This document shows, piece by piece, positions 19,851 through 28,517 of a stretch of DNA of 64,000 bases. The DNA lies in IMG/VR virus record IMGVR_UViG_3300043418_000226. One strand, written 5' to 3'. Below the pieces are notes generated by a model. It searched no databases and had not been told where the DNA came from. It worked only from the letters and a program-made list of their open reading frames with translations. This DNA comes from a virus. Its lineage: Duplodnaviria > Heunggongvirae > Uroviricota > Caudoviricetes. A program made the translations under genes and the position numbers. The first letter of the stretch is position 1. Each line of letters begins with the position of its first letter.

Positions 19851-21077
19851 TTAATTGTTTATAATTGATTTAAAAAATTCTACTCTATTTTGACAAACTG
19901 TTCTTAACGCATATTTGTCTTTAACTGTTTCATACAATCGATTCCCTAAGTCCTCAATCATGTTTGGATTTTCGATTAGACGTTTCATGTGTTTCGCCCA
20001 ATCTTTGTGGTTCTTATGTTCAGAAACTAACAATGCGTTACCTTTACTATTCAAATTACCTTGGTCAATCGCTGAGATTAAATCTAAAGTGTAGGGGTCA
20101 TTTTCACTTGCAATTAACGCCTTTTTGTGAAATCCAGCCTCAATTACTTTTAATTGGGATTTGTTAGCGTTAAAATCAGATTTAATTAACGGTGCCAAAG
20201 ATACGTCAAAATAATTGTAATTCAATGCATATTTTGAAACATCTTGAGTCCATCTTCTTCTATAAGGTTCATTTGCGTCGTTATAAGGAGAATCCTCAAA
20301 CTTCAATAAATGATTTTTATATTCATCACTTATTGATTTGTAGTTATCCGTAAAGATTTTTTCATAATGGGACCATACAGTTTCCAAAGGTCTAATTGGT
20401 CTTTTTCTTTTTTCACCGGTAGACTGATTAAGTTCAGTTACCTCACCTCTTAAATCGAAACCACATAATACGAATTGAGATTTACCTTTGTAATAATTGT
20501 GAGTTGATGAAATACCACTTGACATTAATTCCATGTCATGTAAGTGAGATGAACCACCTAACCATCCAAACCTTACTAATTCTGATTTAGTTGGGTTTGG
20601 TTGAAATTGAATTTCTTCATCATTAACCGCATTAGGAAATACTTGAATGTTTTTTACGTTCAATCTTTTCTTAATAGTTTTTGCAAAGATTGGGGTAGTA
20701 GTGGTTACAACATCGACCAATTTTAACATTTCTGCTTTCATTTCACCAATTTTAGAATTTTTAATTTGGTGAAACATTGGATGTCTTTGGTCAACAAACC
20801 ACATATCGTCAATATCCATGATGACTTTTATACCTTTGGATTGTAACCATTTAATACGGTTAATGTTTTGATCGTGATTTGTTTGATGAATGAATGAATG
20901 GAATACCACGATATCGTAGTTCAAGAAAAATTCATCGTTATTATCCGCATCGAATGAGATATCGACATGGACATCATCAGAATGTTTTTCCCCAATATAT
21001 TTGTAGGGGTCCAATATTCTGAATTTACCTACACCATACTTGTCTGATGGGATTGCTAAAATTCTTATTTTTGACAT
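19851..21077 (-). CDS. Glycosyltransferase, GT-B fold (GT4-like)
   Basis: VIMDIDD, RFGWLGGSSH and FDVSLAPL..SDFNANKSQLKVIEAG. Confidence 0.85.
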   Translation of the reverse strand: MSKIRILAIPSDKYGVGKFRILDPYKYIGEKHSDDVHVDISFDADNNDEFFLNYDIVVFHSFIHQTNHDQNINRIKWLQSKGIKVIMDIDDMWFVDQRHPMFHQIKNSKIGEMKAEMLKLVDVVTTTTPIFAKTIKKRLNVKNIQVFPNAVNDEEIQFQPNPTKSELVRFGWLGGSSHLHDMELMSSGISSTHNYYKGKSQFVLCGFDLRGEVTELNQSTGEKRKRPIRPLETVWSHYEKIFTDNYKSISDEYKNHLLKFEDSPYNDANEPYRRRWTQDVSKYALNYNYFDVSLAPLIKSDFNANKSQLKVIEAGFHKKALIASENDPYTLDLISAIDQGNLNSKGNALLVSEHKNHKDWAKHMKRLIENPNMIEDLGNRLYETVKDKYALRTVCQNRVEFFKSIINN

Positions 21078-21129
21078 TTACTTTAAATTATATGTCTAAA
21101 GTATAAGAAAAATATTTGAAAAAACAAAA

Positions 21130-21717
21130 TTACTTTGCTTTATTTACCCCTGTGATTTTACCTCTGAATATGGAATCTCCTACTTTTAACACTAAATTCT
21201 CGTTTATTGAAGCAGTTTGTGATGCGGAAAGAATTTGATTTAATTTCTCATCCATAACTTTACGTACGGTATTTTCGATTAAAACAGCAATTGCATTCAT
21301 GTCAATATTACCACCGGTAGATTGTCTTTGAGGGGCAGTGTTCTTTTTTGGTGACACACCTTCTTGTTCCATTAGTCTTTTAACACCTTTGGCAAAATCC
21401 ATATCAATAGTGTCATTTAAAGAAATTTGTGGGATTGGATTTTCCATCATTGCTTTTTTAATTGCGTCGGGTAATTTTGATTGTTGTATTCTCTCAGCCG
21501 AAGGGGTTCCCATTGGTCGGGTCGCCGAACTTGATTGTTGAGGTTCTTGGTTCCAATTTTCAGTCATGGTATTTTCTGATGGTGCCATTAATCTACTTTC
21601 GTCAACATTACCTCTTTCGTAGTTACCGTCATCGACTTTATTCATTATTTTTTTTGCTTGTACTAACTTCATCATTAAATCGTTAGACGATATTGTTCCT
21701 TTACCTTGACCTGACAT
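21130..21717 (-). CDS. Hypothetical protein
   Basis: 195 aa with a low-complexity middle. Confidence 0.55.
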   Translation of the reverse strand: MSGQGKGTISSNDLMMKLVQAKKIMNKVDDGNYERGNVDESRLMAPSENTMTENWNQEPQQSSSATRPMGTPSAERIQQSKLPDAIKKAMMENPIPQISLNDTIDMDFAKGVKRLMEQEGVSPKKNTAPQRQSTGGNIDMNAIAVLIENTVRKVMDEKLNQILSASQTASINENLVLKVGDSIFRGKITGVNKAK

Positions 21718-21750
21718 AATATTAAATATTTTATATAATGATATTAAAAA

Positions 21751-22635
21751 TTACCTTAACATTAAAGTTTTAATTCTGTTTATTGATTCTTGTAAGTTAG
21801 TCGTTGGTTCGACTTCATTACTTACTTCATCGGAAACTTTAATATTGTTCTTAGATAATAAATTTGATAATTCTGATTTAGAAGATATATCAAATCTTCT
21901 TCTTGTACCTTCACCTGGTTTAATATTTTTACCTAATTGTGATTGTGAATCCATCCATTCTTTTTCTTTCATTTTATACAAATCTAAACTTGCATTTTGA
22001 AAGTCTTGGGTACTGATAACTTTTTCACCGTTAACGTCATTAATGTTACCTTGTAATTTATTAAAAATGTCTCCAGAAAAATCTTTAGGCTCTACTTCAG
22101 GTGTTGGTAACGGTTTTTCATCCGGTTTAGGTTCTGGTAACGGTTTTTTAGTTGGTTTTACTTTTGGTTTAGGTTGTAATGTAGGTGGTGCTTCTTGTTT
22201 TTTAACCTCAGGAGTTTTAGTCCAATTAGCAGTAACGTATGTTTTAACCATAGGTCCTCTGTCCGATTCCGCACCTTCTTTATAACCTGGTCTTGTAATG
22301 TCGAACGTTTCATTAGATAGGATTTGTAAATTACTCATTCTATCAACACGAAATGTACGCCAATTTGTTTTACTATATCCCTTTTTAGATACGGAAGGTG
22401 GTTGTACATATGCCCTAACTATTACATTTCCTCCTTTACTTAAACCCATTGCAACTGCCTCGGCCCTAACTCTAACACCAGATTTTACACTATCTTTACT
22501 CGGTTCTTTTGGTCCCGTATAATAAAAGGTAATAGGATTTCTATTCGCAATTGCATTCACTAAGGTAGTTGATTTTTTACCTTTTGGAAGTTCTTGTTCT
22601 TCTATTACTTTTATTATTATGTTTTCTAATGTCAT
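21751..22635 (-). CDS. Stand-alone WYL-domain protein with Pro/Lys linker
   Basis: ITFYY...R...EAVAMG...VRAY...WRTFRVDRMSNLQI fits the WYL C-terminal RxFRxDRI signature. Probable start MTLEN at 22635. Confidence 0.65.
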   Translation of the reverse strand: MTLENIIIKVIEEQELPKGKKSTTLVNAIANRNPITFYYTGPKEPSKDSVKSGVRVRAEAVAMGLSKGGNVIVRAYVQPPSVSKKGYSKTNWRTFRVDRMSNLQILSNETFDITRPGYKEGAESDRGPMVKTYVTANWTKTPEVKKQEAPPTLQPKPKVKPTKKPLPEPKPDEKPLPTPEVEPKDFSGDIFNKLQGNINDVNGEKVISTQDFQNASLDLYKMKEKEWMDSQSQLGKNIKPGEGTRRRFDISSKSELSNLLSKNNIKVSDEVSNEVEPTTNLQESINRIKTLMLR

Positions 22636-22636
22636 A

Positions 22637-23014
22637 TTAAAAATCAGGATAACCTTTTGTTCCGTTAAATTTATTTCTTCCGACAACGTCGTTTCTAGTG
22701 TTTATATCGGTTAATGAACCAACTTGTCCATTAACGTCTCCTTTACCCATGTCGTCACCGTCAGATAATGCGTCTTTATTTATTGATGAATATTCGTTAA
22801 TGGTACTATAACGATTCCTACCCATATTATCAATTCTATTTTGAATGTCAACGGAACTACCGACTTGACCATTAACGTCTCCTTTACCTTTTTCATCTCC
22901 GTCAGATAATGCGTTTTTACTTACTGAAGAATAATATTTTTCTTCGTTGTAAGTATTTGGACCTAAAATTTCAGTTCTGAACTTGTTCGCCAATAATTCT
23001 AATTGTGTTGCCAT
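22637..23014 (-). CDS. Small protein with a duplicated 47-aa unit
   Basis: Two copies of YSS..K.ALSDGD..GKGDVNGQVGS..DI..R....GRN. Confidence 0.6.
   Translation of the reverse strand: MATQLELLANKFRTEILGPNTYNEEKYYSSVSKNALSDGDEKGKGDVNGQVGSSVDIQNRIDNMGRNRYSTINEYSSINKDALSDGDDMGKGDVNGQVGSLTDINTRNDVVGRNKFNGTKGYPDF
22690..22945. repeat. Degenerate 141-bp tandem duplication (coding)
   Basis: TTAACGTCTCCTTTACC occurs at 22731 and 22872 (offset 141); boundaries are approximate. Confidence 0.85.
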
Positions 23015-23015
23015 G

Positions 23016-23513
23016 TTAATAAATAATTAATTTTTTAATTTTTTCAATTTGCTCAAAAAGACCTAATGATGCTATTGGTGAGATTGAGGATTTATGTGAG
23101 TTACTTTTTACTAAATTAGTGGGAGGTAAGAAATCGGGGTTTTTACTATGTTTCTTAAGATGGCTGTTTTTTCGTTCCCCCGTTATACCACCAATTTCGT
23201 CCGCTCTTTGTCTTGAGTCTTTTCGATTACTAATTAAATCTCTTTCACCCTGTAAGTGTTGTTTTGACCACCTATCCATTAAATCTCCACCCGCTAAATC
23301 ATATTTAAGTTTATCGTTAACTTTATCTATATTTTGAAAATCGTGAATAATTCTTTTTAATTGACCGTAATTTACTTTCTTATCAATCAATAATTTTTTA
23401 GCTCGTTGGATACCGTCAACATGTTCACCGTTAAGGGTTATCACAGTGTGATTAATCTTATCTAATATGTCTTTAGGTATGTCATATACCTTACCTTTTA
23501 ATTCTTGATTCAT
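23016..23513 (-). CDS. Hypothetical protein (C-terminal LFEQIEKIKKLI motif)
   Basis: 165 aa; tightly spaced within the operon. Confidence 0.55.
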   Translation of the reverse strand: MNQELKGKVYDIPKDILDKINHTVITLNGEHVDGIQRAKKLLIDKKVNYGQLKRIIHDFQNIDKVNDKLKYDLAGGDLMDRWSKQHLQGERDLISNRKDSRQRADEIGGITGERKNSHLKKHSKNPDFLPPTNLVKSNSHKSSISPIASLGLFEQIEKIKKLIIY

Positions 23514-23515
23514 TT

Positions 23516-24256
23516 TTATTTTAGATGTTTTAGAACATCGTCAGATGTTAATCCGTTACTGTCCATAGTATTTTTCAATGATTTTAATTGTTTCAATACA
23601 ATTGGGTTAATTTCTTTTTCCTCAATTTCACCTTCTTTTGAAAGAATATCATTATTTTTTTCATTTTTTTTATTAATGATACTTTCAATGTACTCTTCCA
23701 TGAATTTTTTAGGGTTTTCAACTAATCTAACTTTATCGTCAGGTAAGTTTTTATCATATCCCATTTGATTTAATCTTTCTTCAGCTTCAGGTTCATCTAA
23801 ACCTAAATCTTTTTCAAAATGGTCTTTTGCCTCTTCATAACTATCATCTTGTTTCATTGTTTTCTCAAAACCAAGAGATTTACTCATATCTGATTCCCCC
23901 CAATATCTGGTATAGTTTTGTGTACCTGAAGTGTAATAACTACCTGATTGACCTCTCGCGTTCTTCACAACTTGGTCAGTGGTTTCTGCAGATGTAATTC
24001 CCTTAGTATTTGCATCTGTTGGTTTTTTAGACATTGCAATGTTACCATCAACGTCAACTATTTCGTCAACATCTTTTTCCACTTTATTAGGAATTTTTTT
24101 AAAATTTGTCTTATCTGAGAATTCTTTCGCCATTTTTCCCCATTTTTCCTTTTCTTTCTTCGAAGACCCCTTTTCGTTTGCTTTGGCGTAAAAGAACCTT
24201 TGTTGTGATTTTGACACAAATTTCTCTTCAATTATCTGTTTTATAAAATTATTCAT
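23516..24256 (-). CDS. Hypothetical protein, putative internal head protein
   Basis: N-terminal FIKQIIEE|KFVSKSQQRFFYA; preceded by TATTTATA. Confidence 0.55.
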   Translation of the reverse strand: MNNFIKQIIEEKFVSKSQQRFFYAKANEKGSSKKEKEKWGKMAKEFSDKTNFKKIPNKVEKDVDEIVDVDGNIAMSKKPTDANTKGITSAETTDQVVKNARGQSGSYYTSGTQNYTRYWGESDMSKSLGFEKTMKQDDSYEEAKDHFEKDLGLDEPEAEERLNQMGYDKNLPDDKVRLVENPKKFMEEYIESIINKKNEKNNDILSKEGEIEEKEINPIVLKQLKSLKNTMDSNGLTSDDVLKHLK

Positions 24257-24309
24257 CTATTTTACTTTTTATATAAATATCAAATCTTATGAAAGATATT
24301 TATATAATC

Positions 24310-25359
24310 ATGGCTAATCAAAATATTTTAGGTTTTTACGGTACAAAATTGGATTTAAAACTAGATTATTCCGAATTATATGACTTTGAATTATCAAAAG
24401 TTCAAGGAGATTATAACTCAGATGTCTTAGATTTAACAAATCCGATTGTATATTCGGGGTTAACGGTTGATTCTGAATGTAGAACATCGTTTACGACCCC
24501 GTGGACAATTAACATTAACGAACCTTATGTTGTTGATAATTGTCACATATTTTTAAATAAAAGAACTCAAAAAGGGTGGACATTAGATTTTGTGTTTAGT
24601 GGTATTACTACCGGTTCAACTTTTTATTATTGGGGAATTAAAAATGAAACGGATTTTCATAATTTAGGAGATAACAATCTTTCTTTTGGTTTTACAGATG
24701 ACCATAGAATTGAATGGTCCGCATTTAGATATTCAGGACATTGTGACTCAACATCGGGTTATACAGAGAGTTTTTACCTCTCAACGGGTCAAACACCGAC
24801 ATTATGTACCAATGGTATTTCGGGTGATTTCAATGTAACAATAACTTTTGATAGATATAAACACTATGAAGATTGTGATATTGAAAATGAAGGTGGTCAT
24901 AACGATTTAGTTACAGGATGGACAGTTACAAACCCAATCGAATCATTATCGGGAGCAACCGAATCATTTACTATCGTTGAGACATTAAATAAGAAATGGT
25001 CAGATGAAAGGGAAAAAAGATTAGGTACATTAAAAATATACCTTAATGGTAATGTTATATATAAGATAAAGGATTGGGAGGAGGTAATTCCTTCACCGAG
25101 AAATTCAAGTAACTCTATTTCACAGATTTGGGGTAAAGATTTATCTACCTATGTAATAAAAAGGGTTAAATATTTTGAAGATCCGTTAGATTTTGTACAT
25201 GTGAGACACCATTATCTCACCTCAACTAAACCATTCTATTCAATAAACAAATGTCAACAAGAATGTATCCAAGATATTATGGGGTTTTATGATAACCCAT
25301 TATTACAAGAAAATGGAGATGTTTTATTGACGGAAGACAACGATATACTACTTTATTAA
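24310..25359 (+). CDS. Virion structural protein (beta-sandwich/LamG-like)
   Basis: Probable start MANQNILG at 24310, just after TATTTATA. Ends in LLQENGDVLLTEDNDILLY. Confidence 0.5.
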   Translation: MANQNILGFYGTKLDLKLDYSELYDFELSKVQGDYNSDVLDLTNPIVYSGLTVDSECRTSFTTPWTININEPYVVDNCHIFLNKRTQKGWTLDFVFSGITTGSTFYYWGIKNETDFHNLGDNNLSFGFTDDHRIEWSAFRYSGHCDSTSGYTESFYLSTGQTPTLCTNGISGDFNVTITFDRYKHYEDCDIENEGGHNDLVTGWTVTNPIESLSGATESFTIVETLNKKWSDEREKRLGTLKIYLNGNVIYKIKDWEEVIPSPRNSSNSISQIWGKDLSTYVIKRVKYFEDPLDFVHVRHHYLTSTKPFYSINKCQQECIQDIMGFYDNPLLQENGDVLLTEDNDILLY

Positions 25360-25372
25360 ACTATTTATAAAC

Positions 25373-27088
25373 ATGGCAGGTAAAAAAATATCACAATTAT
25401 CAAGTTCACTATCACCGAGTCTATCGGGGTTTACTGCAGTGGCAGACGGTGGAGTAACATATAAATCATCATTAGAAACGTTGAGAAACGTTTTAGTTGA
25501 TAGTGGTTCCCATGTTTTCACGGGTAATCAAACAATAAAAGGAAACTTAACTGTAAGTGGCTCATTAACTGCCGAAGAATATATTTTAAGTTCATCAATT
25601 ACTAATATAGTATTAGAGACAATTAGTGGTTCATCTCATTTTGGTAACGATTTCAATGATGTACATAATTTCACCGGTAGTGTCAATATCACCGGTTCAT
25701 TAAATGTAGACAATTTAGGTACCATAACCCAATTAGTTGTGGGTCAACCACCATTTGAGGAATTAGGTCATGAAGCACTACATGTCGGTACAATTGATGA
25801 CACTAGTATAGCTCACTTTGAGGGTAATAATAATATTTTTACACAAATCAACGTACGAAATCGAAATTCGGGTTCATTTGCAAGTTCTGACATTGTTGCA
25901 ACTGCAGATAATGGAGACGACTTTATTCACTATGTTGATTTAGGTATCAACTCGTCGACATATAATGGCGGATTTGTTGGTTTGGCCGATGATTCATATT
26001 TGTTAAACGTTGGTAAAGATATGTATATCGGTACCGTAGGAGGGGTTAACTTTCCGGCAAAATTAAAATTATTTGCCGAGAATTCATGGGAAAATCCACA
26101 AATAACAATTAGTGGATCAAATCAAATTTCATTTAATACCGGTTCAGTTTCAAACGGTTTTCAAGTTGAAATTAGTGGTAGTGTTAAATTTGACCACGAT
26201 GTTGAAATTGTGTCGGGTTTAACCGCAACAACCGCCATTATTGGTATAGGGAATTTAGAACCATCTAACCACGAATCGTTACATGTCGAAAATAGTGGTA
26301 GTTTGAATATATCTCACTTTCAAGGAAACACAGATACGTTTACTCAAATTAATTTAAAAAACATTAATAGTGGTTCATCCGCAAGTGGGGATATTGTTAT
26401 CACCGCAGATAATGGTGACGATTCTATCCATTTTGTTGATTTAGGTATTAACTCGTCGACATATAATGCGGGATTTGTTGGTCGTGAAAATGATTCATAT
26501 TTAATTAATGCAGGTAAAGATTTATTTATAGGTACAATTGGGGGGGTTAACCATCCCGATACAAAATTACATTTATTCGCACAAAATAATTGGGAAAATT
26601 CACCTTTAATTATTAGTGGATCAAATCAAATTTCATTTAATACCGGTTCAGTTTCAACAGGATATGTATATGAATTTAGTGGTAGTGCGAAATTACAAAA
26701 TGACGTTACCGTTGATGGGGAATTATCTATTGGCGGTGTAACTGAAAGAATAGTACTTGAGGTTAGTGGAGGTACATCAACGTATGAGTTTGATTATCTT
26801 AGTGGGTCGATTTTCTACTTAACAAGTTCTTTAGATAATAACATTTATAATACGTCTAATATACCGACTGAAGATTTAAAGGCACATTCACTTACATTCC
26901 TTATAAAACAAGAATCGACACCATATATTGCATCTTCATTTAAATTAAACAATGATGTGGTGTCAGTTAATTGGGCAAATAATGAAATGCCGACAGGTAG
27001 TTCAAATAAAACAGACGTAATAGGGTTAACCGCACTTAGAATTGGTTCATCTTGGAATGTCTTAGGAACTTTTACAACATTTGGATAA
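25373..27088 (+). CDS. Tail fibre-like protein with an internal 168-aa duplication
   Basis: MAGKKISQL start and G/S/T/N-rich beta repeats. The DNGDD..H.VDLGINSSTY..GFVG block occurs twice. Confidence 0.65.
   Translation: MAGKKISQLSSSLSPSLSGFTAVADGGVTYKSSLETLRNVLVDSGSHVFTGNQTIKGNLTVSGSLTAEEYILSSSITNIVLETISGSSHFGNDFNDVHNFTGSVNITGSLNVDNLGTITQLVVGQPPFEELGHEALHVGTIDDTSIAHFEGNNNIFTQINVRNRNSGSFASSDIVATADNGDDFIHYVDLGINSSTYNGGFVGLADDSYLLNVGKDMYIGTVGGVNFPAKLKLFAENSWENPQITISGSNQISFNTGSVSNGFQVEISGSVKFDHDVEIVSGLTATTAIIGIGNLEPSNHESLHVENSGSLNISHFQGNTDTFTQINLKNINSGSSASGDIVITADNGDDSIHFVDLGINSSTYNAGFVGRENDSYLINAGKDLFIGTIGGVNHPDTKLHLFAQNNWENSPLIISGSNQISFNTGSVSTGYVYEFSGSAKLQNDVTVDGELSIGGVTERIVLEVSGGTSTYEFDYLSGSIFYLTSSLDNNIYNTSNIPTEDLKAHSLTFLIKQESTPYIASSFKLNNDVVSVNWANNEMPTGSSNKTDVIGLTALRIGSSWNVLGTFTTFG
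25770..26660. repeat. Two diverged ~400-bp coding repeats at 504-bp offset
   Basis: AGTGGATCAAATCAAATTTCATTTAATACCGGTTCAGTTTCAAC occurs at 26111 and 26615; boundaries are approximate. Confidence 0.8.
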
Positions 27089-27094
27089 TATATT

Positions 27095-28396
27095 ATGATA
27101 AGTCAAGTATCATCTCGAGTCGGTGCAGGTAGAATTTTTGTTATCAAAAAAAATAATGAGGGTATAACACCAACACCAACACCAACGCCAACAATTCATA
27201 TTCCTGATAATGATTTTGTTTACTTATTATTACCAAATAACGATTTAACATATACATTAATTCCCGCAAATGATTTAATTGATACTTTAATTCCTGATAA
27301 TGATTTATTATTTACATTAGTACCTAATGGGGAGTTAACTTATGTTTTATTACCCGATAACGATGTTAATTATACATTAATACCTAATACAGATTTAACA
27401 TACACATTAATACCTAATAATGATGTTCAATATACCGTATTAAAACCACCAACAACATTTTTTGGATTAATAAAAATTGGTGAGGGTATGGATGTTTGTA
27501 ATGGTGGTCCAGAATACACCACCTTCTATGTAACAGGGGATGGCCCAACTTTCTGTGAATCAACTAACTTTGTATCAAACGGATTTATTGGTTTAAATGG
27601 TTACATATCCGCATACTATGGTGGTTATGTTATGACCATTAACGTAAACGGTACTGATATTGGGACTCAAAGAGAAGTTTGTTCACCATGTCCAACACCG
27701 GAACCCTTTTCAATAAGAAAAATAGTTAATTTAAACATTAATGATTATTCGTCATACAGTTATGGGTTATCAACAATTACAGATTTATTGGGTGGTACAA
27801 ACGCATCTTTAATTAATTCCCCATCTTATAGTAATGGGTCCGGTTGCGGTTCAAATATTACATTAGACGGCACAACACAATTTATAATTACAGACACTTC
27901 ATTGTCAAATTATTATACAATTTCACCAAACCCATCTGATACTTCAGTATTTCTTTGGGTTTATTTAACCGATAATGGAGTGATATTGTCCGAACAAGGT
28001 TCAACATCTTTGAACACTAGTTGGCACGATTCACAAATTGAATTGGTTAATGGGTCGTTGAGATTTTCAGTTTGGCCACTTACTAATGTAATAACCTCAT
28101 CAATTTCAACACCACTAAATAATTGGCATTACATTGGTTTTACATATAGTGGAACAACTTTAACTGCTTATGTTAATGGTCAAAATGCTGGAACAACAAG
28201 TTTTGTCAGAGAAACACCTTACCAAAATAATAATAATTTATATTATGCCATCGGAGCCGAAGACACCACAACTTTAGGAGACGGTAGTTATTCATCATTA
28301 ATATTTGGACAATTAGAAATTTGGAATGGGTCAATCTCATCTTCAGACGTGTTGACAAATTATAATAACAATGTTAACAATTGGATATGTCACTAA
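27095..28396 (+). CDS. Fibre/adhesin with PT linker, 10-aa repeats and C-terminal LamG/ConA-like domain
   Basis: TPTPTPTPT, eight (I/L/V)PxNDxxYTL repeats, and the LamG-type WHYIGFTYSGTTLTAYVNG. Confidence 0.7.
   Translation: MISQVSSRVGAGRIFVIKKNNEGITPTPTPTPTIHIPDNDFVYLLLPNNDLTYTLIPANDLIDTLIPDNDLLFTLVPNGELTYVLLPDNDVNYTLIPNTDLTYTLIPNNDVQYTVLKPPTTFFGLIKIGEGMDVCNGGPEYTTFYVTGDGPTFCESTNFVSNGFIGLNGYISAYYGGYVMTINVNGTDIGTQREVCSPCPTPEPFSIRKIVNLNINDYSSYSYGLSTITDLLGGTNASLINSPSYSNGSGCGSNITLDGTTQFIITDTSLSNYYTISPNPSDTSVFLWVYLTDNGVILSEQGSTSLNTSWHDSQIELVNGSLRFSVWPLTNVITSSISTPLNNWHYIGFTYSGTTLTAYVNGQNAGTTSFVRETPYQNNNNLYYAIGAEDTTTLGDGSYSSLIFGQLEIWNGSISSSDVLTNYNNNVNNWICH
27200..27439 (+). repeat. Eight tandem 30-bp (10-aa) coding repeats
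   Basis: IPDNDFVYLL LPNNDLTYTL IPANDLIDTL IPDNDLLFTL VPNGELTYVL LPDNDVNYTL IPNTDLTYTL IPNNDVQYTV. Confidence 0.9.
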
Positions 28397-28517
28397 CCAA
28401 CATAGTGAGGTTTGAATTCAAGTATAATTGGTAGGTAAAGAACGGTGAAAAAATAAAATAACAAATAACAAAAGATACAACAAAATAAAGTATTTATAAT
28501 AGATTAAATTTTAAACT

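Noticed and set aside
27200-27439. 30-bp periodic repeats as a CRISPR array
   Set aside because: The repeats are contiguous, in frame, diverge at synonymous positions and have no unique spacers; no cas genes are present.
28397-28517. Intergenic region as a possible small RNA
   Set aside because: Mostly A-rich, with no convincing stem-loop; it only contains the late motif for the next gene.
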